NCBI GenBank assembly: GCA_047967505.1
Contig: CM106538.1
From: Dipteris shenzhenensis
Lineage: Eukaryota
Length of the DNA stretch: 64,000 nt
Reading direction: 5' to 3' (one strand)
Under the pieces are notes generated by a model. The model saw nothing but the letters and a program-made list of their open reading frames with translations, was not told the DNA's origin and made no database searches. Positions 52,801-63,440 of this stretch are shown piece by piece. The position numbers and the translations under genes are program-made. The first letter of the stretch is position 1. Each line of letters starts with the position of its first letter.

Positions 52801-55800
52801 AAACGGAGCCGAAGATGATCTAAAATTCTTCCAAGGAGGTTCCTAGAACACGGGCAGTGCCAAAGCAAATGAGGGACAATTTCTGAAGGAGTGCGACATC
52901 GTAAACATGTGGATGGTGCAATGTGACGTTTGGCAAGTGTGATTCCCACTGACAAAGTGCCATTCATGCATCTCTAAAGAAAAAGTCTTTGTTTCAAAGG
53001 CATTTTACACTTCCATAATATCCGGAGATTCTTGCGTCACCATGAAAGGGGCTTCCTGATATGCCACAGAGTATTAGCATATTACTAAATCCATGGAGCA
53101 GGCTGAAGGAGCCTGTAGGCTTTGATAGGGGTCAAGACAGGCAGAGGAACAGGATGAGAGCATGTAGCAGAAGGTTGCAATTGCCAATCCATAAGCCTGT
53201 CTGTGCCGGCCACAGGAGGAACAGGTAGAAGAGGATGTAACAAATCAACAATTTTCTTTCATATCGACCTATGATGCATTCCCAATGCATAGGAAGCAAT
53301 GGCCTGAGGAAAAGATAAAACATAGCCCTGATCATCTACCACATCATTTATGTATCTAATTCCCAATTTCATGAGATTATATGCCCGAACAGGTTCCTGT
53401 AAAGAAAGTGGAATGTCAAAGATGGCACTCAAATGAATACTTTCTTTCCTCATTGAGTTTGTCCTCGAGCAGTTATCGGGAGCCCATTCGACCTTAGAAA
53501 GTACTTGTTTCTAGTCAAGTATCTGAGCAATAGAGAAAGGATAGCCAGGTTTCTTCCTAACAAATCTCCCAATGATAACCTCCCAATGATCAGTAGTCCA
53601 ATGGCCATATGCCGATGTCCTCATGTTGACACACATGGATGCTATCATACAAGTCCATGGTTGTTGTTGACGGAAAAAAGTATGGAGCATAGTTGCCTTC
53701 CTTGCAAGTACATGATATCTTATATTGAGAACATTAAGTCCACCATGCATCCTAGGAGAGCACACCATTTCCATCTTCATTAGTCTCAATGCTTTCACAG
53801 CAGTTTTTGTCCTCCATAACAGCTCCATAGCTTGAGACATAAAGGCTGAAATATCTCTGGGGGACCAATGTAACAAAGGCAAAAAGAACTGAACATAGGA
53901 CATTACAATGGACTGTACTATTCTGAGCCTGACATGAAGTGGCCAAGTAGAAATTTTCTAATATTCGAGTTTATGTTAAAGTCTTTGGAAGATCCATTTT
54001 AATTGCTGCTTCCTGGTGATATGCCATCCTATAGGATATCCCAAATGCCTGACTACATCTTTGGAATGCACCACCTGTCCTGGCCAGAGAATAGAATGCC
54101 AGTCACATTGTTTCAGGGGAAGCAATTTAGATTTGTCAAAATTGACATGCAATCCCGCTGCTAATCCATACAATGATAGTGTGGTCATAAGCATGTGAAC
54201 TTCTGGGGGAGAATTTTGTGGCATAAAGAAGGAATCATCAGCATACGCTTGTGCCAAAAAAGATGCAGCCCCAGGGATTTTAAGACCAGTCATCTGTCTT
54301 GTGTTTGTAAGATGATCAAGATACATCAAGAGGGGATGGGTCACAATAGCATAGAAGAGAGCACTAAGAGGGCAGCCCTATCTAACTGATCTCCCCAATG
54401 TCCATGACTGAGATAGATGACCCCTAAGAATGCATTGAGAAGTAGAGCCAAAATAAAGCCAATAAACTGCATTTGCTATCTTGGGATTAAAACCCAACTT
54501 TGTCATGATTTGAGAGATAAAATCCCATCATTGAACAGTGTCAAATGCCTTAGCAATATCTACCTGCAATATGAGCACATCTTGATGCGAGTACTTGGCA
54601 TATTCAATTGCAGTCAATGCATTTGAGATATTGTCATGGATTTGTGTTCGCGGCACAAACCCATACTGATGAGGATGAAGGCCCGCATTCAATATCCTGT
54701 GAAGCGGATGCGTCAATTTTACGAGCAAAAACCTATGAGCAGGTTTATCCGAGCGTGTTTTTCAAGAGATTTTTAAAAATGTTTTTCTTTAGGAAACATG
54801 GTTTTTACACTTTTATTTTCACTAGAACTAGATCCCTTTATCATAAAAATATACAGACTAGTCACTCATTCATTTTTACACAACATAATTTTCTTATTTA
54901 GAGACATCCCTTTGTACCCCTGTTATTACCTTAAAAAAGTGTTGATTCCTTTAAAAAACATTCCTCATAATCACTCTCAATGTAATAATACTATGCATAT
55001 ATAATTACTTATTAACACATTTATATCATATGGCAATATCTTTTTAGTGTTTTTATAGCATATTTATGGACATGTTTCTAAAGAAGTTTAAATTACTATA
55101 AATAAGTATTAACTTGGGCTTATATATCACTCTCATAAAATACATGTAATATTTAATACTATATATGAAAGATTTTCCAAAATATAACTCCATAGATGTG
55201 CTCAAATGGGGTGTTCCGATCAATTTGAGTGGTTGAATGACTATATTTGGACATTGGATATGAAAGTTATGTCACTTTCAAAAGTGCTGTCCAAGGTAGT
55301 TTCGCCAGCGAAACTACCTTGGGAGACTTGCTTCAAAGGGGTTTCGCTGGCGAATCAATGAATTTTCTTTGAAGAAACTCTTTCATGAAGATAGGTTGAG
55401 AGAGGGTTTTCAATGTCACCCCCTATTAAGTAAAAGTTGTAAGAAGGATCATAAGGGAATTTTCATAGAGAAGTCTACTCTACATGTGGGTTTCTTCAAA
55501 AGCCATCCCATTATGCTCTCACCATTCCTACAGATTCACCTAAAGATTTTTGTATAAAATAGGCATAGCTATAATACTTTGCATATTTCTAAGTGAAACT
55601 ATGTTTTCTTCTGATCGATTTTTGCCATATTTATGCATAGTTGGAAGCTTTTTTTTTCCTTCGCTCGGACGCTCGGAAGATTTTGCTCAGAAAATGCTCG
55701 TCCCCCCTGTGAAGCCTATGCACAATCATTTTGGCAATGAGTTTGTAAACTACAGGCATCAAAGTAATAGGCCTCCAATCTGACATATGGTCACACAAAT

Positions 55801-58510
55801 GTTTTTTGGGCACAAGTTTGATTATACCATGCTTCCAAAGGGGCGGCAAGTGATTTTCTTGCCAGGCAACATTGATCATTTGCAAAAGGACATCTTTCAA
55901 ATCATCCCAAAAAGAAATATAAAATTCCACCGTAAGACCATCCCAACCAGGGGACTTGTATTTGCTGAGGTGGGACAATGCATTATCAAGTTCTGTGTCA
56001 ATAAAAGGTCTCTCCAATGTAAGTGCATCATCCATTTCCACTATCTCATAAACATATTGAAGAAATTCAATCCTTGCATCAGTCACTTGATTTGATAGGG
56101 AACCAGGAGCAGAGAACAATTTCTGGAAATAATTTTGGCATTGATCTTGGAGATCAGAGAAAGAGTGCGTCCAAGAGCCATCTATCTTCCTTACCCTTAA
56201 ACATGAGTTTTTCTTTCGAGTAGCATGCAGGCCCTGGAAGAAGGCTTTTGATGAGCAGCCCTTATCCATGAGAGGCTTCATTCTTGCTCTAATCTACCAT
56301 TTGTGCAATTTCCTCTGATCATTGTCATTCAGTTTGATCCGGGCATGTGAAAGGGAATCATTTTCTGATTCAGAGAGAGACTTGAAATGTGAAAATTCAG
56401 TCAATTGTTGTGCTGTCCTTTTTGCCCATTTAACCTCATTCCTCCATTTAGTCATATGCCAGTTTCCATACTCCCTAATGACATTCTGTATACGAGAGAC
56501 GAAACTGTCCCAAGCATAATCCATGTCCTCCTGGGCATGCAAAGGCAAGGGATGAATTGCAAGTCTGATCATTTGCTGGAAATATTGATGTCGGAGATAA
56601 GCCTGATTAACATGCAGTAATCTACTGGAAAGAGGTGGCAAATCATCCAGTGGCATACCAAGTTGCAGATTCATCCATAATGGGGCATGATCTGACAAGC
56701 CCAATGAGAAATCTATGAGGAGATGAGGGCTAAAATCTGCATATTGTTGTGGGTAAAACAAATAGCATCTGTCAAGCCTTGCCCAGTATGTAGTAGATGC
56801 ATTATGATGAAAAGTATATCCAGGCACTGACCCTTGGAGAAGCAGCCATAAATCTTCAGCCTACACAGAGAGAAGCATGCTATCCCATTTCTGCCTTTTC
56901 GATGATAGCATATGAGATCTTGAAGTGGTGTTATCTCTCGACAGAGGGGAATTGTTAAAATCTCCACAGATAAATGCATTAGATCTCCATGGATATTTGC
57001 TTAAAGAATCCCATAAAGAAGCCCTCATGGCAGAGGTCTGGGAGGCATAAACTGATGCAAACTCAAGAATATCACCATTGACATTACATTGTATGACCAT
57101 CCATCTGCCACTGCTGTCATTGGAGGCCAACTGAGGCTCCAGCTCATGTCTGACCATTATGCATACACCTGAGTAGGTAGTGGTACCAGCATAATATATG
57201 TCATAACCGCCAAAGTAATCATGATGACCAGCCTTAGAGTGCTGATTATGCTCTTGCAAACAAACAACATTTGGCTGCATTTTATGTACATAATTCGAGA
57301 AAAGCCTCCACTTTGAAACATTGCAGAGGCTCTGTACATTGTATGTAAAGCACTTAAGTGTTTGATGCATGAAAGAGATATATACAGAAAGGTATAAATA
57401 TGAAAACAAGATATCAGAGAGGCAAAGCCTCTGCCTGCATGGGCTGCATGCCTTCATGATCCATGCAGCTTTTCTTCCGTATGTCTGTATAGCTCCCCTT
57501 GTGTCTCCATACAGTTTCGCCTATCTCTCGTACAGCCACGTCCGTACAGTCTGCCTTTCCCATACAGTCCCTTCCGTACAGCTTCGCTCTTTTTCCCATA
57601 CAATCTGCTCTTTCCCGTACAGCCTTGACCGTACCTTTGTATAGCCTGGTTTTGTCTGTACGAACCAGTTCTTCTCCGTACATTATCAAGTTCTCGCTCT
57701 CGTGCTTCTCTGTACCCTCCTGTGACTCGCTTGTTTTCTGATTCTCTACTTCTCCGTACAGTCCCTCTTGCCTTGTCTTCCTTCAATCATGGCTTCAGGT
57801 TTGGATATTAGTACATATGCTCGCAAAGAAAGAACTGCAGAAGCTAAGCGCCGCTCTTCACAGCCTGCAGCACAAGATGATGAACTTACTATGGAAGCTC
57901 AATATGTGTTTGACACCCTCAAGGATGACTTTCAGCAGTCACGATAGGAATGGGGCAAACCATTTCCAGAGGTCACGTACAAATTGAAATTGCCCTCCCT
58001 CGTGAATCCTCTCAGGAAATTATCTCAAACCACGGTTATAATTTTCTTTCCAGGAAGAATCCCAGCAGCCAGTGATGTAGCACAGTGGATTAAGTCCATC
58101 CTTGGAGGATGCTTTGTAGAGGGAGTATATTTTGCATCTAGAGGCTTTTATGAGGTGCATTTATCGGATGCTTTATGCAAGCAGAGGTTACTTGAGCTTT
58201 CTCCCCTCTTTTATGGGAAGCAGATGGTTCATGCTATGCCTTGGTCCCCAAACAAGGATTATCAAAGTCTCATACGACATCATTGTCCTGTATGGGTTGA
58301 GGTTGTTAATTTCCCAGACTATATGCATGAAGAATTGCCTGGCCTGCCTGCTACTTTGGGACAGGTCATTTATCCTCCACGCCCTATGGGAAACGGCAAT
58401 AGGTTTTGCATTCTCTGGGACACGGATTCACCTACCCCTCCTTCTATTGCAGTGGAAGTTGAGGGAGTGCAATTGGGAAAAAAGTATTTTGAACTGAAAT
58501 GGGGTGTGTT

Positions 58511-58575
<65 letters not shown>

Positions 58576-58900
58576 ACTTCCCCTTAAAAAGGGTTTCCAC
58601 TTTCTCATAATACTTCAAATTCTATTCTAATGTATGCTCTTTGGATCCAATGTTTGTACAGGCAGGTCTTCAAGTATCCTTCTTTCGAGCAAGATTTCAA
58701 TTTGTACTTTGTGAACTATTGAGGTCTTCTAACAATGATTTTGTAGAAGAGGTTTCAAAACAAGATGAATTTGTAACGAATTTGATAAGAATTGCACATT
58801 CAATCAAATCTATTACATCAGAAGCACGCAAAGGAGTATTACAAAATATGCTCTCCAAGATTAAGTTTGTAGAGCCAATATCTTTGCCTTTGGATCCAAG
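14251..58900 (+). CDS. Partial multi-exon phosphoinositide 3-kinase gene (PIK helical domain + start of catalytic domain), class I/II-like; join(14251..14356,14533..14674,21394..21439,45307..45414,45577..45678,58662..58900)
   Basis: Manual splicing gives [247 protein letters not shown](R). All five introns are GT-AG with compatible phases (1,2,0,0,0) and there are no stops. PI3K helical-domain motifs [13 protein letters not shown], ALxLL, VRxYAV, QLVQALxYE, FLLxRA, GHxLYW and LPLDP occur in the expected order. Confidence 0.92.
14533..14674 (+). CDS. PI3K exon B ([14 protein letters not shown]...[11 protein letters not shown]...ETH)
   Basis: Acceptor ctctctttatag|AT, donor CACAG|gttggt; PIK-domain motif. 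Confidence 0.9.
15171..15480 (-). mobile_element. 5'-truncated L1 3' end
   Basis: [15 protein letters not shown]...WHFQP matches the ORF2 C-terminus of the L1 at 26530; T-rich tail on the plus strand. Confidence 0.65.
15522..18425 (-). mobile_element. LTR (family of the 11344 element) plus PBS, split by an L1 insertion
   Basis: PBS 15522-15534; LTR pieces 15537-15658 and ~18289-18425 align to the reverse complement of LTR 11344-11668. Confidence 0.75.
15659..18290 (+). mobile_element. L1 LINE insertion with inverted 5' segment
   Basis: Sense part ~17020-18290 is the ORF2 C-terminus (CMRC...[10 protein letters not shown] zf-RVT-like) plus poly(A). Antisense part 15659-~17015 is the ORF1 N-terminus (LGRGYFSF) joined to ORF2 linker sequence. 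Apparent short TSD AAAGA. Confidence 0.8.
18430..19418 (+). mobile_element. ORF1-only non-autonomous LINE-like element, copy 2 (best preserved)
   Basis: ORF-track ORFs 18513-18719 and 18735-19226 are one frame broken by a single TAG. 3' hairpin AGACC-TGTT-GGTCT, (CTTT)n tail. Confidence 0.75.
19480..20850 (-). mobile_element. Degenerate L1 ORF1-like fragment with ~60-bp tandem repeats at 19545-19710
   Basis: [12 protein letters not shown] and FPFTFHAGF resemble ORF1 of the 26530 L1. Confidence 0.45.
21394..21439 (+). CDS. PI3K exon C, 46-nt mini-exon ([16 protein letters not shown])
   Basis: Acceptor cacttgttgcag|G completes the split AG|G Arg codon; donor CAG|gttttc. It supplies exactly the missing L..W..I.P..AL segment. 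This frame is absent from the ORF track. Confidence 0.88.
22255..22448 (-). mobile_element. Short LTR (same family as 772-955) with PBS
   Basis: PBS 22255-22266; LTR 22269-~22448 shares a long identical core AAATGTTCAAATGAAACAATACAAGTACTTGGTATATATAGTACCCAAGTACT with 772-955. Confidence 0.8.
22794..22834 (+). repeat. (CT)n microsatellite
   Basis: About 20 CT units. Confidence 0.95.
22834..24089 (+). mobile_element. ORF1-only non-autonomous LINE-like element, copy 3 (most diverged)
   Basis: METPK...TPTPYA start (23177), [11 protein letters not shown] motif, same post-ORF 3' region and hairpin AGGC...GCCT. The 5' boundary is uncertain. Confidence 0.6.
26530..33418 (-). mobile_element. Full-length L1 LINE (pseudogenised) with 11-bp TSD
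   Basis: TSD GGATAGATTTC at 26519-26529 and 33419-33429; poly(A) at the left end. ORF1 32534-30987 (DUF4283-like, [14 protein letters not shown]). ORF2 30990-26646 (APE endonuclease GGDFN/RIDR/SDH, RT WRPITL/QGCPLAP/LADD, zf-RVT). Scattered stops. Confidence 0.93.
33548..34102 (-). pseudogene. Copia-type gag (UBN2-like) fragment
   Basis: GVWKVVSG...[14 protein letters not shown]...KFFKLHM motif. Confidence 0.8.
35560..37811 (-). mobile_element. Truncated Ty1/copia element: 5' LTR, PBS, gag start, integrase
   Basis: LTR ~37055-37811, PBS 37043-37054, KLDGTNY gag start joined by a deletion to integrase ([32 protein letters not shown]). No RT or 3' LTR. Confidence 0.8.
40102..40343. repeat. 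~121-bp tandem duplication inside the old L1
   Basis: Two near-identical copies starting CAATCCAATCCCAAGCTAC. Confidence 0.9.
40462..40537 (-). mobile_element. LTR 5'-end fragment (11344 family)
   Basis: Minus strand TGTTAGAATATGAAGTCAAAGTGTGAGT...GTGTACTAGGT matches the start of LTR 11344. Confidence 0.65.
42980..44960 (+). mobile_element. Highly degenerate RTE-like LINE ORF2
   Basis: Endonuclease remnant (VAILFKSHL...MWIQ); RT remnants [46 protein letters not shown]. Confidence 0.7.
45307..45414 (+). CDS. PI3K exon D ([19 protein letters not shown]...IQLVQ)
   Basis: Acceptor ttttttgcatgtaaag|CTT, donor CAG|gtaagt; 36 codons. Confidence 0.92.
45577..45678 (+). CDS. PI3K exon E ([34 protein letters not shown])
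   Basis: Acceptor atgtag|GCT, donor AAG|gtttgg; 34 codons; below the ORF-track length cut-off. Confidence 0.92.
46887..47372 (-). mobile_element. Probable LTR with degenerate PBS
   Basis: Plus-strand GAGCTTTGATACCA (PBS-like) followed by TG at 46901; candidate other end CCAACA at 47372. Confidence 0.45.
48460..49380 (-). mobile_element. Degenerate L1 reverse transcriptase fragment
   Basis: [11 protein letters not shown] and neighbouring RT motifs. Confidence 0.7.
49455..52000. repeat. Tandem array of ~1-kb units (about 2.5 copies)
   Basis: Anchor TGGGGATCTTGCA starts at 49464, 50471 and 51461 (periods 1007 and 990). Confidence 0.92.
52195..52455. repeat. Degenerate (CA)/(TGCACA)n microsatellite
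   Basis: Alternating purine-pyrimidine tract. Confidence 0.9.
52457..58512 (-). mobile_element. L1 LINE with inverted ORF1 segment and an internal DNA-element insertion
   Basis: Poly(A) at the left end. ORF2 ~57370-52600 (TYNVQ, CLQE, CGDFN, RLDR, SDH, WRPITL, AYADD, CLRC...HLLWHC). The ORF1 N-terminus is on the opposite strand at 57789-58510. Confidence 0.85.
54706..55705. mobile_element. 1000-bp non-autonomous Mutator-like (MULE) DNA element
   Basis: 10-bp TSD CCTGTGAAGC at 54696-54705 and 55706-55715; imperfect ~35-bp TIRs starting GG; AT-rich non-coding interior. Removing it rejoins the L1 RT ([11 protein letters not shown]). Confidence 0.8.
58511..58574. repeat. (GC)n(CA)n microsatellite
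   Basis: Seen directly. Confidence 0.95.
58662..58900 (+). CDS. PI3K exon F (AGLQ...KQDEFV...ISLPLDPR), end of helical domain and start of kinase N-lobe
   Basis: Acceptor tttgtacag|GCA, donor CCAAG|gtattc; phase 2 out. Confidence 0.88.
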
Positions 58901-59829
58901 GTATTCTCAATTCTCTTGCACTTAGTGAGACCCTAAAGGCTTTTGTGTTGCCTTCAAAATTTCATAAAATGACTATCCTTATTTTATACTATATTTAGTT
59001 TTCCTCTATATGTTCTAGTGTTATCTAGTTCACAATATCTTCTAGATTCGTAGTTAAGAATTGTTAAACTCTACAGAGTTAATCCTTTTCATGAGATTAA
59101 GTCTATGTATAAATTTCAAGCTATATTACCTGCAACAATCTTGTTCTACTTGTCAATATGCATTCTATGTTTTTTATTATCTAAAAATTTCTAGAATGCT
59201 TTTTTATATTACTAGATGACAAAATGATGTACTTATATTGGAAATAATGTAAGGATACTAGCTCAAACAAAATCTAGACCCTACTTATCAATATTTATAA
59301 AGCTTTTGTCTACCATTGGCTATCCTATGCATTTAAACTTTATGTTTGTTGTCCCTTTGTTACATCCTCATGACCTAGGAAAGTTCCAATGGGCAATGTT
59401 CAAATAGCTTACTAAGATTGGCTTCCCTTCTCATGAGACCACCTTTTATAGATTTCTCATGATGCATAAAATGACATGTTAAACGTTTGCATCACCTTCA
59501 AGTATTTGATGTCTGTATTAATTCACTCCCATTTTAATGCATATAGTTTGAGTGTATCGTAAACTCAGATTCTCTTTTACTCACCATCAAGTACCCTTGA
59601 ATTTGAAATTTTGTAATCAACTTCTTGTAAGCAACATATAGAAGCACCAACTAAACATGGTGAACATAGTATCTAGCCAACATTAATGTAATTTTTGACA
59701 TGTGCAACTTACGTTCTTACACATTACTTTCTTCCATACGTTTTTTATGTGTACAACTTACGTCTTTACACATTGCTTGGATGAAAGGCCATTCTTTTCA
59801 TTCAACATCTTCCTATCCTGTATTGTTTT

Positions 59830-62800
59830 TGTAAAAAAAAAATTGCATGAAAAAAATATTTATTAGTGTAAAAAGAAGAATACAAATAAGGAGACTTGAG
59901 AGCTCTAAAGCTAGCACATATTGCAACTCAGCACCTTAGCAACAGTTAGAAAAACTTCTCTTCTTCCCAAAGAAGAAGAGCACGTCTAGAATGTCTATTC
60001 GCATTCAATATTGAAAGTCAATTGGCACCGGTACTCATTGAAAACCAGTCGATTCCTAGTGTACCCGATCATTTGAGCCATTGTAGCTTTGATCAATTGC
60101 CAAATCTCTAGCTGATATTCGTTCATCCTAGACTTGTCACCCACAATAACCACCTTCCTTTGTAATGGAATGAAAATGAAATCCTGGGCTAGCCATCGTT
60201 GCAGCATCCGCCAAATAGGCTTAACCCTGAGATAACCCCAGAAAAGATGGAAGTGGGATTGCAGTTGTAATTTACAAAAAGGATAGAAAGGAGAAATGTC
60301 TCGCCACTTCACCAAACGATCCTTTGTAGGAAATTTACCAGCTAACAGCCTCCATAAAAAACATGGAAGGGGAGGGGCTCGAAAACAGGCGTGGAAGCCA
60401 CTTACTCAGGAGAGAAATATTGCGCCTTCTGATGTTAGGAAGGCCCAGCCCTCCTTGGTTCTTGGGAAGCTTCATTGGTTCGCAGAGGATGTAGTGCATC
60501 CGTCTTCTTTCGCCCTCCTCCATCCACAGGAAGGCACAGAAAAGCCTCTCCACTTCTTGCCACTAACACTTAGAGAATTGCCAGATAGAGGCAATATAGG
60601 TGGTCGCTGCTGAGAAAATGTGCTGGATAACCAACACACAAGCATTCCACCCCAAGCTTAGACCATGCCATGGCCTTAGCTTGGCTTTAATTTTTTCTAG
60701 GAACGAGTCGAATCTTTGGGGGAGGTCACTCCCAAACGGTTGGGTGCGCCAAGATATCTTACTATTTCACCTTTCCTCACAAATTGGAGAGGTTTATCAG
60801 ATAGCCACGACAAGGGGTGTCATTTGTCGTTCTAATGGCAAATGTTTTTTGCCAGCTGCACTATGAGCTCGAGGCTTCGCAAAAGAGGTCGATGATGGCG
60901 AAAAGAGTGTCAACACTGCGGGGCTCTTCTGCTACACCTATCATCATATCATCCGCGAAAACCTATGTGCTAAATTAGTTTCCAACGAGAGACGAATCCC
61001 ATGAATTCTACCCTTCGCCATGGCGGTTCTAATCTTGTGGATGAGAGGAATCGTTCCTATTGCAAAGAGGAGGGGGGCAAGCGGACAGCCTTGGCGAATG
61101 GATCTCTTGAGATCAAAACATCCAACTGCACCACCGTTGAGACAAAGAACTGTCGATGCATTGCCGAAAAGAGCCGATACCATGCTACCAAATCCATTTC
61201 CAAACCCAAGTTTGTTCAACACTGCCAAAAGGTAGTCCCACCTGACTCTATCATAGGCCTTGTCCAAGTCCAGGCTAGCAGGAGGACCTTCTGATTATAT
61301 TGCCAAGCATAATCCATAGTAGTAGAGATATTCAGGATGTTTTCAAATATTTCCCTACCTTTGATGAAGCCACACTGTTCCAAGTCAACTGCTGACATGC
61401 AAACCTCCCTGATTCTGATAGCGAGCGCCTTCCTGGTAGCATTGTGATCGGCCGCTAGTCGTCGACCTTCAGTCTGTTGTATGACGTGTTAAGCATTGTG
61501 ATCGGCCGCTAGTCGCCAACCTTCAGTCTGTTGACCTTCTTGGGGCAGAGCTTCAGTAGTCCCGCATTAACATCCAGCAAGAGGGTACCTCTATCCAATG
61601 CATAGTTGACCATCTCAGTGTACTCTGGAGCCAGCATGTCCCAGAATTCTTTGAAGAATTCTGCCATGAAGCCGTCTAGGCTAGGGGACTTGTCAGATGC
61701 CATAGCCTAGAGGGCCTCTTCAAGCTCTTCTATCATGAAGGGTCTACCCAAAAGGCCTCTGTGGTATTCTGACACACGGGGTTGAATGCCCATTAAGAGC
61801 GCTTTCATCTTGGCAAGCCAGTCAGTTGATTGCGTGCAGGGGTCACCCACAATCTAGCTGAGCTCGTTCAGAAAAGTGTCTACTATATGCAAGTGCTTAG
61901 AGATCAGGCAACAGCCTTGAGCATCCATCACCCTATCAATATTTTCTTTCTCACGTCTCCTCTTTATTGATTGGGAAAAAAACTTGCTTGGCAATCTCCC
62001 AAAGCTAACCACCGCTGACAGCTTCATAGTCTGGCATCTTCTGCATGTCGTGAATAACTGTCTCAATCTCAACAAACAGGGTAGCCGCCATCTCATCTAT
62101 GGGGGTCTCTATCAGGGCCACTATGATGGATCTCCGAATAGATTCAAGCTCTTTAGCCGACTCTCGTTTGCTGTGTCTGTACTCCCTATCCCAATCTTTG
62201 GCCTTAAAATGTATCCTCCTTATTGCATTGTCCCACCTTGTTGCTGGGATCCAAATTTCCCTCTTGTTCCTTCGTCCATTCTTCTTTGATGAGTTTACAA
62301 AACTTTCTTGACCACAAAAACTTTTTGTTGCAAACAAACGGGACGTCAATCGGCTTGGACTTGGAAGACGGAATAGAGAATCTCCATATGACCGGCACAT
62401 GGTCTGAGAGGCCCGTTTGCAACACGTATTCACCCTCCATGGGTGCATGCATCCACCACGCTTCGCCTGCAGCATAGAAGTGATCAAGCCATCCTGATCT
62501 GAAGTCAGCACCAAGTCTACGATTTGACCAAGTAGAGCCTTGCAACCCTGCCTGATCGAACTCAATGCAATCAACTAGCCCTTTGTTGAGCACCAGTTCA
62601 TCCTAGGACTCGCGCTCCTACGGGGTGGAGTATGTTGTTGCATGGGATCTATCTTCCACACCTTTAGTGAAATTCCAATCTCCCCCCACTAACCAATGTT
62701 CACCCTCCAGCTTAGAATTAAGGTCAAACCAGCATCTCGAACTCAATGCAATCAACTAGCCCTTTGTTGAGCACCAGTTCATCCTAGGACTCGCGCTCCT

Positions 62801-63440
62801 ACGGGGTGGAGTATGTTGTTGCATGGGATCTATCTTCCACACCTTCAGTGAAATTCCAATCTCCCCCCACTAACCAATGTTCACCCTCCAGCTTAGAATT
62901 AAGGTCAAACCAGCATCTAGCTCTCTCCACCGGGGCGTTTAGAGCATAAACACATGCAAACCCTACTTGAAAATCATCAATTAAGGCTGAGGCTGCAACA
63001 AGACAGCCATCCTGGTGCAAGAGGATGGTTGTGCCTCCTTGGGCAATTTACAAACACATTGAATCCCAACTTCTTACATGCAAACCAAAAATCATCATTC
63101 GACCCACATTTGATCTCCTGAAGCATTACCACATGCGGTTTGAATTTTCGGACTACCTCTAGGCATCCTCTTTGTTTGGACTTCCCACAGCACCCTCTCA
63201 CATTCCATGACATCACTTGGATCCTCTCCCCTAACTTTCCTCCGAGGACTTATGAACATCTTTAAAGAAGTTAAATCTGTTGACCCTGGCCATCCCCGCA
63301 CTCCTTGCCACACCCTTGAGCCTCTTAGTGAGGCTAAGTGTGGCTGACTCCATTGCCTTCACCTTGACCTTTCTCCTTGCTCTTCTTATCTTCATGCACA
63401 CTGTTTTTGTGGTTCGCATCGGGAACGGTCTCCTCTTCAT
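59830..63440 (-). mobile_element. Degenerate L1 LINE (ORF1 end + ORF2)
   Basis: [35 protein letters not shown]. Internal tandem duplications at 61438-61530 (54-bp period) and 62556-62918 (181-bp period). Confidence 0.85.

Noticed and set aside
59046-59067. Possible next PI3K exon after tctag (R-FVVKNC)
   Set aside because: In-frame TAA after six codons and no convincing donor; the next exon probably lies beyond the window.
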